Assembly: GCA_002633005.1 (NCBI GenBank)
Contig: NMRA01000188.1
Coordinates: 205,080 to 269,079 of the forward strand
Direction: 5' to 3'
Length of the DNA: 64,000 nt
From: Phoronis australis
Taxonomy: Eukaryota > Animalia > Phoronida
The notes under the pieces were generated by a model. That model was not told where the DNA came from. It searched no databases and saw only the letters and a list, made by a program, of their open reading frames with translations. Shown piece after piece: positions 39,613 through 53,015 of the stretch; position 1 is the stretch's first letter; each line of letters opens with the position of its first letter. Made by a program: the position numbers and the translations under genes.

Positions 39613-39753
39613 CCAGTGGCGTAGCGAGCACCTCCATCGACACCTCAAGTGGAACCTCCCCCACTCAGGTGCCCCCTTTGGACAACACCTTTTTGGCACC
39701 CTCTACGGCAGGCGCTCGGGTGCTCCTGAACCCCTCGCCTTTGTTACGCCACA
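39613..39753. mobile_element. CAGTGGCGTA-terminus MITE
   Basis: cagtggcgtagc...gttacgccacag TIRs. Confidence 0.6.
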
Positions 39754-40992
39754 GAGTCACACGGTACATCTACTGTATGTTTGAAGTCCAGATCGTTACT
39801 TGCGCTGAACTTTGTTGATCTAAAGTCTGTCATGAACTGAGTCATAAGTGAAATTGTCTTTCATGAATTGTTTTCTATTGACGTTTGCTGCACTGTCAGA
39901 AATATTCGATGTCGGGGGAGGGGTTTCAAACGCCAACTTTTTGTTATCGGTGGACATAAAATTTCTAGGAACCTTCCGAGTGCGGGGAAAGGCATTACGA
40001 GCGCAAAATTACAATGAATTTTGACCGCAACAGACGGCCATAGCCCCCTTGGGTTCCCCCCTTCCTATGCCAATGGCTTTCACAACGAAGATAAAAAACG
40101 AGAGCAAGGCAGATTCGGCTTCTAGTAGCATCCACTAGTCTCCATGGAAACAAACAGAGACGCCATGTATCATAGCTAGAGACGAAGCTCGCTGGTTCCC
40201 TACGTGCCTAGCCAGCACGCAGTTATCACCCAGTAGCACGCACTTAGCGTTGATTGATGCAACTTTGGCAGTCATTGGTTAGCTTTACAACAATATGAAA
40301 AATGGCGGACTGTGAACAACTTTTAGCCTTGTCACGCAAGTGGCGTAGCAGCAACTCTTTCGTTTCTGCAGTAATGTTTAACAGCCGCGTGCTTGAAGCA
40401 CATGCATGTCGAATAAACACATACATCTGGCCGATTTAACCGGTATGTTATTCATGCTTTATGAATACAGGCCAGTATCGTAAACAGAAGTCATCGAAAG
40501 TAGAAAGATACATTCCGAAAGGGTGCAACCACAATTTCTGGGATTCACATTTCCTGAACATAAATTTTAAGCACCGATTTGTCTGTACAACAGACCATAT
40601 TTACACTTCCTCTATCAGTCATGGCAGTGCATCTATTTGCTTAAAGCGCTGCCTGTTGAGAAATCGACCAGCCAATCAGAAACGCCGGTGTAAACAAAGG
40701 GATGCCGCCAGGCTGCTCTAGTCATCGAGTCACGAGCGAGGATAATTGGCTTCGCTCATGCGGATATGATCAGCTGATTACAATCTAGCTAGCAGACTGT
40801 ACTTTTTATGGTGAGAGTTTTACGTAGTTTTTACTGTAATATTTGAAAAGAGGAGCGAAAACAAATATGAGTACAACTTTGAATTTTTCAAATCGGCCCA
40901 GGATAAGAGATTTTGCAACACAGCAACACTCACGATTACTTTCATTCGGCGCGCACTAATACAAAAATATAGGACCCAAGTTATTTAGATTT

Positions 40993-41645
40993 NNNNNNNN
41001 NNNNNNNNNNNNNNNNNNNNNNNNNNNNNNNNNNNNNNNNNNNNNNNNNNNNNNNNNNNNNNNNNNNNNNNNNNNNNNNNNNNNNNNNNNNNNNNNNNNN
41101 NNNNNNNNNNNNNNNNNNNNNNNNNNNNNNNNNNNNNNNNNNNNNNNNNNNNNNNNNNNNNNNNNNNNNNNNNNNNNNNNNNNNNNNNNNNNNNNNNNNN
41201 NNNNNNNNNNNNNNNNNNNNNNNNNNNNNNNNNNNNNNNNNNNNNNNNNNNNNNNNNNNNNNNNNNNNNNNNNNNNNNNNNNNNNNNNNNNNNNNNNNNN
41301 NNNNNNNNNNNNNNNNNNNNNNNNNNNNNNNNNNNNNNNNNNNNNNNNNNNNNNNNNNNNNNNNNNNNNNNNNNNNNNNNNNNNNNNNNNNNNNNNNNNN
41401 NNNNNNNNNNNNNNNNNNNNNNNNNNNNNNNNNNNNNNNNNNNNNNNNNNNNNNNNNNNNNNNNNNNNNNNNNNNNNNNNNNNNNNNNNNNNNNNNNNNN
41501 NNNNNNNNNNNNNNNNNNNNNNNNNNNNNNNNNNNNNNNNNNNNNNNNNNNNNNNNNNNNNNNNNNNNNNNNNNNNNNNNNNNNNNNNNNNNNNNNNNNN
41601 NNNNNNNNNNNNNNNNNNNNNNNNNNNNNNNNNNNNNNNNNNNNN
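40993..41645. other. Assembly gap (N run)
   Basis: Run of N. Confidence 1.
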
Positions 41646-41873
41646 TATTCTTTGTTGCATTAGTAACTGGTCTTGGCTAATATTATCATTTTATGGCCTG
41701 GTCATCCATTCAGCCAAAAGTAGTTCCAGAGGTGGCTTATCAGCCAATTATTCACGCATGCTGACTTACAATAGAAGCCTGATAAGAGTGAAGGTGGATA
41801 AATGCGGTGTTCCTACAGTTTCTTGTTTTATTGGATGTGTTCACGACATGCCGAGCGTAGCATAATAATATTT

Positions 41874-42030
41874 TAGTGGCGGATTTAGAGGGGGGCCAAG
41901 GGGGCCATGCCCCCCCCCCCTAAAACTCTCCCAGATTCCATTTGGACGTTCGGGGTGCTCCGTCTGACGGCCAAATTCCTGGCTTATACTCTGCCCTGCC
42001 CCCTAAATAAAAATCCTGGATCCGCCCCTG
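41874..42030. mobile_element. CAG(T/G)GGCGGAT-terminus MITE with 5-bp TSD
   Basis: tattt|tagtggcggattt...ggatccgcccctg|tattt. Paralog of 22431-22580. Confidence 0.85.
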
Positions 42031-42255
42031 TATTTGTCATATTTAGTGTCGAAAACTTTGTCTCGGGCAATTCGCTATATTGTCTGATTCCTCGTTTTCG
42101 CTTCATCAATGACTTTTGAGAAAGGCCAAGGACTAAAAATATATATTTGTACGACAGGCACACCACCATAATAGAAAACATAGCCAAAGCGCTCGAGTTG
42201 AAATTTTCTGAAATCTACCCTTTGCAGTAAATGCAGGTGTTATATTTATATCCAG

Positions 42256-42495
42256 GCAGGTGTGCAGTGAAAGTTGACGACGAGAAGGACCGACATTCTG
42301 CATTTGTGCCGAGTATAACGAAGTATGACAAACCGCTATTTTTACAACAACGTGCTGAGGTGGTAAACGGAAGTCTGATTCGATTCGTCTGCGACGACGG
42401 CTACAAGTTCCAGGGCCAGGATGCAAGCATTCTGTACATCGTGAATTGTACAGATTTGGATATTGAAACCCGTGTTCCGGTTCCTCCGTGTACAG
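42256..42495 (+). CDS. Sushi/CCP-like array gene, module exon 4 (GRCAVKV...NGSLIRFVCDDGYKFQG...VNC...VPPCT)
   Basis: tatatccag|, donor G|gtacc, 240 nt, phase 1-1. Clearest CCP signature (GS-I-F-C-x-x-GY-x-x-x-G), 4 Cys. Confidence 0.88.
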
Positions 42496-43197
42496 GTACC
42501 CTCTGACACAGCGGCACCATATTGAAAAGTGGACATGTGGAAACATGGTGAACGATACACGGAATTCCGTGTGTGGGCATCAATGCGCGTGCCTTGGTCG
42601 GAAATATACCGATCCCATCGCCACCACGTGTGCGCGCCTTCATGCACTGTACTTGTTTGAGTTTAAGCCACAGGACCATGGTTCCCTTTGATTTTTTTTC
42701 GTGATCACTGCCGTTTTAATATACTGTAACTATTCAAGTCAAAGGTGGTCACCTGTACTGCGTGACAGTAAACTGAATGGGATTTCCCAGATTTCAACCA
42801 ATGGGAATGACTGAATGTTATGACGTTGGTTTCACTACTTTAACCAATAAGAAGCCGTGTTAAATAACATTCCACAGTGCTACATTTCGTTACTCGTGCC
42901 AGTTGACTGCGCCACCTTCAGGTTATTTTGATTAAAGCGATTGCACGTAGATACAGAAGAGAATTAGGTTTCGAAAAAAATCGTGTATATGTACATGTTC
43001 GTGAGCGAGTACGGGCTCGTGTACGTATTCGTGCACTGGTAAGTAGTTGCGCGCACACGTGATTTCGAAACGTGTTTCTTGTTAGTAAACACGCAGAACG
43101 CACCGAGATTGGCGTAGATGCAGTAATATCCCACGAGACATTATTCCGCGTATCGGTTGATACGCGGACTAATGTCGAGTGGGATACATGTATATAA

Positions 43198-43642
43198 TAG
43201 ATTATTACATGGCGATGTCGTTATTCCCCGTATTCTAGAGCCCGAGTGGATTTTGGAACTGACGCACCTCGGGCGATAATGCTCCAAAATCCACGAGGGC
43301 TCTGGATAAGGGGGATAACGACTGAGAACATGTAATAATCTATTTATACCACATACTGAACGAGAATCATTGCAATAAATCGATTTACCTTTCTCGACTA
43401 GCCTCAGCTTTGTAACTACTTTCTAAGTCAGAGGCCCGGGGTCGGAGGTCGTGACCTTTTAAGAAAAGCCGAGCTATTTTTGTGATATAATGCTTTTATT
43501 CAAGACCAATTGAAAATTTAAACGAAATAGAAATAAAGTGAATCTATAAATTAAGATTTAGCAACTATTATAGCTTACTACACATTTTATCACGCTAAGC
43601 TTCGACCGGGAAAATATCGTCTGCTAAAGTAGGTTACCACTG
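43198..43642 (-). mobile_element. Partial copy of Helitron2/Helentron-like hairpin element
   Basis: Homologous to 57398-57860 and to the reverse complement of 75-545. Confidence 0.8.
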
Positions 43643-44153
43643 AATTATTTCTGTAGATGAAAATTATCACGCGACCGTAATTTCGACGTGTGCAGGTTAA
43701 TATTTGACGCAGACTCGAGAGTGGTATTTGCATGTACGACTAAGCTCTACACTTTCAATGTAAATACTTCCAAACTTGTTTAAGAGTTGGTTTAGCGTGC
43801 TATACATGTATGTTTTCAAACTTACACTTAACGATATTTCAAACCTTATGTAAAAATTCGGCAGTTTTTACAATACCTCACACTTGTCTAGCAAAATGAC
43901 TTATCTTCATTCCCGGTGAACTTCAAATACAAAGTATATACCATGTAGCGGAAGAAAAAAGATTTAGTACAACCACCTACAACAGCGTGGAAATTTGGCC
44001 AAAGGTTACATTGCGCCAGACACAAAGCAGCGCAGTATGTACTCACAGCCCATTCTTTCACTGAGTCGCCATTATATTGAGTCAGCGAGGTGTACATATC
44101 ATAGACAGGTGTCACAGAAAACGAAGATAAACTTAGAAAGTTGTGCGCGGGGG

Positions 44154-45548
44154 CCAGGGCCCGGTCTCCAATCTCCGTACTCAGACTCATACTCATACTC
44201 GAGATTTCATACTCAAAATCGTGCTCACTGGAGTCGTACTCAAAAGAGCGTATCTAATGTCGTATTTCGAGTAGACTCCAAACGTACTCAAATCTGACTC
44301 TCATACTCGAGTTGCTATGGAACTCTTTATGATGTGAAATGCAAAATCACGCAAAGCCGCGCTGATTCATCGCTCCCTATTGGAATAGACCACTCCAAGA
44401 ACTAGGCCTACATTATCGTCTGCTGTCGCTACAACTACAACAGTATGTCTATAACGTGGAATTCTGAGTGTTCTGTGACTGTTATTCATTTTTTAGTTTC
44501 AATAAATATTCTTATGCCATTTCTCTGATACATTTGACAATTATTAAGCTTTACTTCTTGAGTTCCTCACCCAGTCCCGAAAATGTCTTAAGAAATTTGT
44601 AACAGCTTATCACATCACATCTCTGTTGCTGATTTAGTCTTGACATAAAACCCATTGCTGTGTAGGCCTACGCTGATGTCAAACTTTGATACTGTGTCTT
44701 TGTATTTTACCGGGATGTATCAAGTGAGTTGACATTTGGCACGTGAGTTAAAAAACAATATTTGTGCAGGCATTCAGAGTTCACCAGTGGCAGTGAACGG
44801 GACGAGACGTCTACTTAGAAATCGGCAAACAAAATCTGGAATTCCATTTGGGGATTGAGGAATTATAGATGACTAAGTTATGATGAGAAATGTACCTGAC
44901 AGGGAAGCGAACTTTTTTTAACTTCCCTCCCCTCCTCGTCTTTTGGAAACCCTACAAAACGTAGGCACACATACCGAAATAAGGGCAGCACAAACTTCTC
45001 ACACGACTTTTCCCACAACTGCTTTCGACGCTTGTTATGACTCGCCGACAAGGGATTACAATGCGCCTGTTGCCAGGAATTGTAGAGGTAGAATGGCGGC
45101 CGTAACATACAGTGATACGGCGGGTTAATAAGGTGAAGAATAAGAAGATTTAAGATGAAAACTATTATCTCTGAACTGAAATTGAAGTGCTGAGATACGG
45201 TAAGAGGACTTATTTTTTTAGATTTGCTGTGTTTCTTGGTTCCCTTTCGATATTTTGTTCTCTGGCTCGTATTTATTTTCGAGTACGATTTCAAGCACAC
45301 TGCCATACCAAACTTGAAATTTGAGCATAGACTCCGAATTTTTACTCAAAATCGTACTCGAAATATAGATGAGATACACTTCAGTTCGAGTACACTCGAA
45401 AACTGAGTACGTGCTCGAAATTTCGAGTACAGATTTTTCGAGTATGACATTGAATACACCAAAGCTGAGTCTGTACTCGAGTTGAGTATGAAGTGTGAGT
45501 TTGAGCATGATTCGAGTCTGAGTACGGAGATTGGAGACCGGGCCCTGG
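44154..45548. mobile_element. ~1.4-kb non-autonomous DNA transposon with long TIRs rich in tactc/gagta motifs
   Basis: ccagggcccggtctccaatctccgtactcagactc...gagtctgagtacggagattggagaccgggccctgg. Another right end at ~50090-50205. TSD not resolved. Confidence 0.85.
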
Positions 45549-46184
45549 TCACTGCACCGCCTCGATCTGTGACTTTATGTTCATTAGTACAGCAAAACTT
45601 TTTTTTTCACTGTGATATATATTTATTGAAGGATACACAGAACATACAAAGAAATAATAACAAACCCAGAAACCGCGAAGCATTATATCTGGGTTGTAAA
45701 CAATTAAGTATTAAAAAACTTAAGTATTAAAACAGATAAAACCTCTCCAAAATTCATTAATTTGGTCAATAATTTGACATTTTGCTGTTTCGTTCTCGTG
45801 CAGCTCCCTTTGACCACAGACGCAATTCCTATTTTCATTCCGTCCTTGGTTTCTTGATATCATTCTTCCCGGCCGGTGCGTGGTGTGCATACAATGAAAT
45901 GTTGGCATCTTTGCTGTTGGCTCCGCCTTTTGGCCTAGTTAACTCAAGTTACATGAAACCCCACGAACAAATTTAAAACGTTTTAGCGAGAAATTAGTTA
46001 ATTACGCAGTGCAAATTTAGTTATACATTGCCCGCAAATGCTGATATACAGAACATGGTTAAGGCCTGTACTATAGGTTATATTGACCAAAAACAAGTTT
46101 TTCTGAATAATAATGGGATAACTGTCAGAGTTTGAAGATTTGCGATGTTCTCCGGTTTTTCTGGGTTTCCGCAAATCGAATTAA

Positions 46185-48552
46185 AGGAGAATCCCACCCG
46201 ATTTAATTAGTCTTTTTTACCGTCTTAATCGGTCTATATCCATATCGCCTCTTATACGGTCGATCCCACCTTGCCGAGAGGTGTCGCGTTAACCTGTGAA
46301 GAAACTCAGAAACAACGCAGCGACGTCAGTGGTTCGTCTGCAGAGTGAATGCCGCGCCATATTGCGGTGAATCGTTCCCGCTTGTCCGAAATATAAAGCT
46401 GGGAAGAAAGCTGGTATATCATTTTTTCGACTTCCTCGAGAGCCCGAAATGCTTAGGAAGTGGCTTGCGGTAGTGAAGAATGAAAGGTACGCTGTTAATA
46501 GCAAGTTATGAGACCGTGAAACATCTCCGTGTCTGTGGCCGGTATATCGTCGGCAGTGATTTCTCTGACAAATTCCGGCTTACCAAAGAACTATCGGTGC
46601 CTCTCTAGTATTTCTTGATCAGTGTATTCTGGTTCGAACTGATAGCCTATGAAACCTAACGATCCGACCCATGAAGTCTTCATCGGATGAGCTCTTGACT
46701 AAGTCGATTGGCGCCGGTCGAGTTGCCATGTAGACGTTTATTATTCTGCGTTCTGTTTCAAAATGAATTATTTTCATCATAACCAATGCTTATATAAAAC
46801 TGAAACAATGAAAGTCTACGTGTCATTAGATGTAATGCCTTTGCAGTATTTGTGAGTGCAAATGTTGAGAAGCCAGAAATGAATAAACCACTGCGTTACC
46901 GGCTTTTGATGCCGGCAATTAAGCAAAATTGACCAGGCACTGAGGCTGTGTGAGCGCATGCTAATTCAGTGCTTGCTGACAGAAAGCTGTTGTGAAACAA
47001 TTACTCGATTTTATATGCTATTGTCACATGTTAGGGAAATCTTTATTTAGAAATACAAACACATCATTCAAATCATTGTTACTGTGCAACCTTTGCCCTG
47101 ACGGTCTGTGGAAGGGGAACCCGACTTTGCGGACCCCGACAAGTAAGTAGATTTTCAGTTTCACATAATTCACATAAAAAATTACGAGTACATTATTTCT
47201 TTGTCTCACTATTATAGTCTTTTCGTAACTGGAGGTTTAGTTTCCAACTCAAGCTGGTTTATGTTCGTGCCAGTCCCGGGATAACGAGTCAGTCCGGTCG
47301 CGACGTGCCTGATCGGGTTCCGAGCCACTGGCCGGGAAAACAAGCGTTTTGTGTGTTTCAGTAGAACACATAAAAAATTACAGGTCTAAACAATACAGAT
47401 CTAGGTTCTCCTGTTTGGGGGCACACTAGAGACACACTTGTCAGCAAAGTCCAAGTAATCCAAAATAGAGCCGCCAGGGCTATCCTGGGTACTAGAATTA
47501 GGGACACTAGTGTTGACGACTTATATTCCAAGCTGGGATTTATGAAAGTAAGACAAAGAAATAAATATCTCTCTGCCTGTTGTATGTACAGATGTATCAA
47601 TGACTTGGCTCCAGCATATCTCAGCAGTAAATTCAATAGCAGTCAGGCTGTATATTCTACAAGTTCTTCTGTTGCTGGCAATGTTTCTTCTAAAAAAAAT
47701 TAAAACCGAGAGGGGCAAGAAATCTTTTATCTATGCAGCTGCTATAGTATGGAATTCTCCTAGCCCAGAAATTAAACGGTCCAATTCAATAACTACCTTT
47801 AAAGTAAATATTAAGAAGTGGCTGTAATTTACCTAACCTTTTATACCCTGCTTGTCTTACTCATGTCACTTTTTCATTGTCGTAAATACTCTCACTGTCT
47901 AGAGTCATCTCTTAATTTATTTCATCTGTCTTAGTTAAATTTTTACCATTATTCGTCATTTAGTTATTGTCTTAATTCTCAACCTGTTTTAATTGTATCT
48001 TTGTTACGTATATTTCATTGTTGTTTTATTACTTCATTGTATTATATTACTGTTTCTCTTGTTGAGGGCCCTCTTGGAAAGCAGTGCTATCACTGAAGAG
48101 GCCACCCTCATTTTAAATATCACAATAATAAAATAAAATAAGAAATAATTCGAATTTATCTCCGAACAGACCTCAGACTCCTGCTACGGACCTTGGTAAA
48201 TTGGGCTGCCGAACTTTGTAAGCTACGGTGTGTCCAAATACCAATAAATCCGTAACAGAGAAATAAAACAACACCGTTTTTATAAGAACTCGGTGTGTTT
48301 TTAAGGGTTTTACGTCGAATTTTGATGATTTATTGGTGTTAAACGATGAATTCAAGCGATAAGCCGACACCAGTAACCCGTGTTGTGAACTGCTGAACAG
48401 ACTGCGTGTGGAACCAATGACGTCATTGGATAATTTCAATACCTCCGTCTGCCGTCAGGTGTCAGGTAACGCAACCGAACGTGCCGTTATCGAGTAGAAC
48501 TACTTGATCTAAATTGGTATAAAATAGGTTGTTTTTGGGGTGGCATTCTCCT
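46185..48552. mobile_element. Non-autonomous Kolobok-type DNA transposon, copy B (interrupted by a LINE)
   Basis: TTAA|aggagaatcccacc...ggtggcattctcct|TTAA. Inverted homolog of 5571-7508. Confidence 0.9.
47395..48142 (+). mobile_element. 5'-truncated CR1/L2-type LINE inserted in Kolobok copy B
   Basis: SPVWGHTRDTLVSKVQVIQNRAARAILG...CINDLAPAYLS...GKKSFIYAAAIVWNS...FKVNIKKWL* is a typical ORF2 C-terminus, followed by an AT-rich 3' UTR and (taaaa)n tail. Absent from copy A. Confidence 0.9.
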
Positions 48553-49063
48553 TTAATTTGAGCTTAGGAACACGAGTTCTCAAAAATGGCTCAGTGAATT
48601 TCACTGAAACTTTCCATTTTTAGTATTTATCCACCAATCTCAAAAACTCTTTTACGATTTTCCTTTTAAACGCCTATTTTTTGCGTACCGCAAGATAGAC
48701 GAATACGACTTCTATTTTTTACAAAGATACCTTACGTTTTGCGAGTTAATTTGGCATAGAAACAAAACTATTTGAGTTATCTCAAATTTGTAATAGAGGT
48801 TTTGAGCTACATTTTGGAAGTTTTCATTTAAGAGGGGTTTCCTTAAAATCGACCAAGGTGCTATTTTGGTATGATTGCGCCTTTCTTAAAAATGAAATTT
48901 TTACTTAAGAACGAGGTAATGTAGTATTGATAATGGCACATAAATATGAAACATAATTCATAATCTCTGATTGTTTAACTTTCAGAATACATATGTAGAC
49001 ACTACAAAAGTTTGTTGAACTACCTAAGGCCAAAAACAGCTTACTGTTTAATGAAACATATAT

Positions 49064-49079
49064 TTGTGTGTGTGTGTGT
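49064..49079 (+). repeat. (TG)n microsatellite running into a gap
   Basis: tgtgtgtgtgtgtgt then N. Confidence 0.8.
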
Positions 49080-50038
49080 NNNNNNNNNNNNNNNNNNNNN
49101 NNNNNNNNNNNNNNNNNNNNNNNNNNNNNNNNNNNNNNNNNNNNNNNNNNNNNNNNNNNNNNNNNNNNNNNNNNNNNNNNNNNNNNNNNNNNNNNNNNNN
49201 NNNNNNNNNNNNNNNNNNNNNNNNNNNNNNNNNNNNNNNNNNNNNNNNNNNNNNNNNNNNNNNNNNNNNNNNNNNNNNNNNNNNNNNNNNNNNNNNNNNN
49301 NNNNNNNNNNNNNNNNNNNNNNNNNNNNNNNNNNNNNNNNNNNNNNNNNNNNNNNNNNNNNNNNNNNNNNNNNNNNNNNNNNNNNNNNNNNNNNNNNNNN
49401 NNNNNNNNNNNNNNNNNNNNNNNNNNNNNNNNNNNNNNNNNNNNNNNNNNNNNNNNNNNNNNNNNNNNNNNNNNNNNNNNNNNNNNNNNNNNNNNNNNNN
49501 NNNNNNNNNNNNNNNNNNNNNNNNNNNNNNNNNNNNNNNNNNNNNNNNNNNNNNNNNNNNNNNNNNNNNNNNNNNNNNNNNNNNNNNNNNNNNNNNNNNN
49601 NNNNNNNNNNNNNNNNNNNNNNNNNNNNNNNNNNNNNNNNNNNNNNNNNNNNNNNNNNNNNNNNNNNNNNNNNNNNNNNNNNNNNNNNNNNNNNNNNNNN
49701 NNNNNNNNNNNNNNNNNNNNNNNNNNNNNNNNNNNNNNNNNNNNNNNNNNNNNNNNNNNNNNNNNNNNNNNNNNNNNNNNNNNNNNNNNNNNNNNNNNNN
49801 NNNNNNNNNNNNNNNNNNNNNNNNNNNNNNNNNNNNNNNNNNNNNNNNNNNNNNNNNNNNNNNNNNNNNNNNNNNNNNNNNNNNNNNNNNNNNNNNNNNN
49901 NNNNNNNNNNNNNNNNNNNNNNNNNNNNNNNNNNNNNNNNNNNNNNNNNNNNNNNNNNNNNNNNNNNNNNNNNNNNNNNNNNNNNNNNNNNNNNNNNNNN
50001 NNNNNNNNNNNNNNNNNNNNNNNNNNNNNNNNNNNNNN
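49080..50038. other. Assembly gap (N run)
   Basis: Run of N. Confidence 1.
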
Positions 50039-50723
50039 GGGTCTTCAAGGGCAAACTTGAACTAGAAACTCCTATGCATAAACTATAATGTATTCGAGCA
50101 CAGTCTGATAACCAATTATCTTAAGTTCGCACAAAAGGAGCAGAGAAATTGCCAAAAATAGTTTCGAGTTCGTTTCGAGTACAAAGATTAGAGACCGGGC
50201 CCTGGTCAGATTATCTTCTCGTGTAATCCAGACCAGATTCGGTATTTTCAAACGGAAAAATCTGACATTATGTTGTAATAACTGTCATAATTAAAGCATT
50301 GAATGCCGAGTGACCATTTCTACTTTTGAAAAAATCCTTTGGTTCGCTTTCTCGTAAATCAATCTCTTTGCTAGATTATTTTTGAGCAGACTCACCAAAC
50401 GTCAAGGATTTCCGCGACATTTAATTTTTTTGCTGTTGAGTCGACTAATATCGTGGACGAAACGGTCTTGTCTAGAACTGCCACACAATGCGATGTAGAA
50501 ATCGACTACATTTTGTGGATCCAACAAAAATCATTTCGGCAAAGAGGCAATTAAGTTATGAGAATGGGAAGCAGAAGAAATCTCAGGTATCAGAAAGCAA
50601 AATGGTCGCTTGACCTGTAACGCTTGTAACCGGATTACACATTCTAGTGTTTCCTTACGAAGTAAATGAGTATGTGCACTGCTAAACTGATCCATTTTTA
50701 TGAAAATATATTTTATTTTTTAG

Positions 50724-50966
50724 AGTACTGTTCTATTAAAATTCCGGACTTCAGTGTTACCGCATACACGTGGTCCGTGGATGAGAAATACGAGACATCT
50801 CAACGAACAGAAAAGGAAGGGATGTTCTTCATGACGGGGGCGGCAATCAATTTCAGTTGTAGCCATGAGTTCTCCTGGGCAGATGGACCCAAGAAGACAA
50901 TAATTTTGAACTGCAGTGATTCGAATGTTACGAACTTCATAAACGCGGCACCTAGTGGTTGCTACG
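50724..50966 (+). CDS. Sushi/CCP-like array gene, module exon 5 (EYCSIKIP...GAAINFSCSHEFSW...LNC...PSGCY)
   Basis: ttttattttttag|, donor G|gtaat, 243 nt, phase 1-1, 4 Cys. Confidence 0.87.
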
Positions 50967-51159
50967 GTAATATTACTTTCATCATCTTTTTACAAATCAT
51001 TACCGGAATGACTCCGGATTCTTTAAGACAACCCACTTTGTATGTACGGGGATGCGTTGTGCACAATTGACGCACTTGCGGTACTCTTGAGGCGAGACTC
51101 GGATATCCACTTATGGAACAGAAGTAGTGAATTCTACCACAGTCATTCGCTAAGTGGTC

Positions 51160-52563
51160 ACAGCTGTGTGCCAGCCCAACTTGTCACAGCTTCGAAATTG
51201 TGACAGTTTGGGTCGGTGCTGCAAGCACAAATTGTCACAATTTTGCCCAAATTGCCACATCAACTTCTTCATGTCAGTTTGGGCGAAAATTGTCACAAAG
51301 TCCCAAATTGTCACAACGTAGTGGTGTCAGTGAAATATTTTGTCTAGTCTAAGAGTGATAAAACGTTTTACCGAGAAGGCTCTCTACAATATAAAATTAT
51401 GCAAATTTACGCTCAACAGTAACAATAATCGGCAATTCAAGAACTAAAGATTTATGATATAAACGTCGTGGATCGATATTTTATTTGTGAAATACTTCCA
51501 ATTGCGCGGTTGCGTCTAATTGCGTAGTTTATGTGGATGCACGTATATACGCGGGATTTGTCAGAAAGATTTTCAAAAGAAAGGCATTATTTTAGCATAC
51601 ACGCGCACGTGCACAAATGTACAAGATGAAACGCATGCCTTTAATTGTGAAGCCAAGGCACATGTGCTGTTATAGTCAGTGGAGATTTGAGAAGACAAAT
51701 CTACAAAAGTATTCGGATATAGGTTCAGGCACTTATTTTCGGGGCTTTTACGGTAACCTCCTAAACAGTTGCTCCCAGTGTACATGTAATTCCCCTGGCG
51801 TATCATACAGCCGCTAGTAAAAGAAAGTTTTAAATGTGACGATTTATTACTTGAAAAGAGATATCGAAGATGAAAACAAGGGTGACGTATTTTATCATTG
51901 ATGTTCACCTAGTTTGAAAGTGAATAAAATATTTTCGTCTGTCGTTGACCATAAAGTGTTCACATAACAAGTGCGATTAATTACAGAATTGTCAAGCACA
52001 ATGGAAAATAATGATTACGTAATTCTATACAACTTGTGAATGTTGGATGTTTGAACTTGCCAACCATGGTCAACAGATGTCTTGAATAACATTGTACGCT
52101 ATCTTGTTCATACCATCAAAAACCCTTTGTTGAAGATTTCAAAACCATTCGTCCCAATTTGCCGAGGTTTCCTCAGTTAGGCTACCGTAATACTTCAAAG
52201 TTTCTGAATTAACTTATTAGTAAAATCAGGAAGTCATTACACAAATCCGTGGAAGGGTTTCATTTTGAAAAGATTGTGCGTAATGTACTGTTTTCATCTT
52301 GTAATTTGGAAATTTTTGGCTGAAATCCAGTCTTAATGGCTAGATTACTCCACTGACACAACTTGCAATGTTGTGACAATTTGGAACGTTGTAACAATTT
52401 TGGCTTGCAGTACAGTACACACTCAAACTGACACTCAAAAAACTTGCTCTTGGTAATTTGGGAAAACTGTGACAATTTGGGGCTACATTGGAGACCCAGT
52501 TGTCACAATTTCGAAGTTTGACAATTTGTGACGGTGTGACAATTTGAGCCTGCACGTAGCTGT
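51160..52563. mobile_element. ~1.4-kb TIR element with arrays of aattgtcaca motifs in both arms
   Basis: acagctgtgtgccagcccaacttgtcac pairs with gtgacaatttgagcctgcacgtagctgt. Multiple aattgtcaca/tgtgacaatt copies. Confidence 0.7.
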
Positions 52564-52817
52564 TCAAAATTGTAAATCTGGTCTGTACACTTACTTATGT
52601 TCCGAGTGCAGCATGTCGCGTGTGCGCACAGGAGTAGTAGAATACTAGGTAAAGATTACAAGTCGATTGTTACATTGTGCTATAACGGGAACCCGGTAGT
52701 TAAGTGAAGAATTGTGTTAAACTAGCGAATGAATGACGAAAACAGCGCTTGGTAATGAATTTATCCCGGTCGTTTGTGAAATTGGATTTTATCCTTCGAA
52801 GGTGGCCTTTGCTTTAT

Positions 52818-53015
52818 AGCCGGTGCTGGTCAGCCGATGCTAGCCAGCCGATGCTGGTCAGCCGATTCTGGTCAGCCGACGTTGGTCATCCGATGCCGGT
52901 CATTCGATGCTGGTCAACCGATGGTGGTCAGCCGATGCTGATCAACCGATGCTGGTCAGCTGATGCTGGTCAGTCGATGCTGGTCAGCCGATGCTGGACA
53001 GCCGATGCTGGTCAG
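52818..53015 (+). repeat. 14-bp minisatellite (gccgatgctggtca)n, ~14 units
   Basis: Directly visible tandem array. Confidence 0.95.

Noticed and set aside
42133-42679. Three overlapping minus-strand ORFs
   Set aside because: Antisense shadows of module exon 4 and adjacent GC-richer sequence.
52818-53015. Regular repeats superficially like a CRISPR array (also 27410-27780, 17740-17930, 56160-56250)
   Set aside because: Contiguous tandem units without unique spacers, eukaryotic context, no cas genes.
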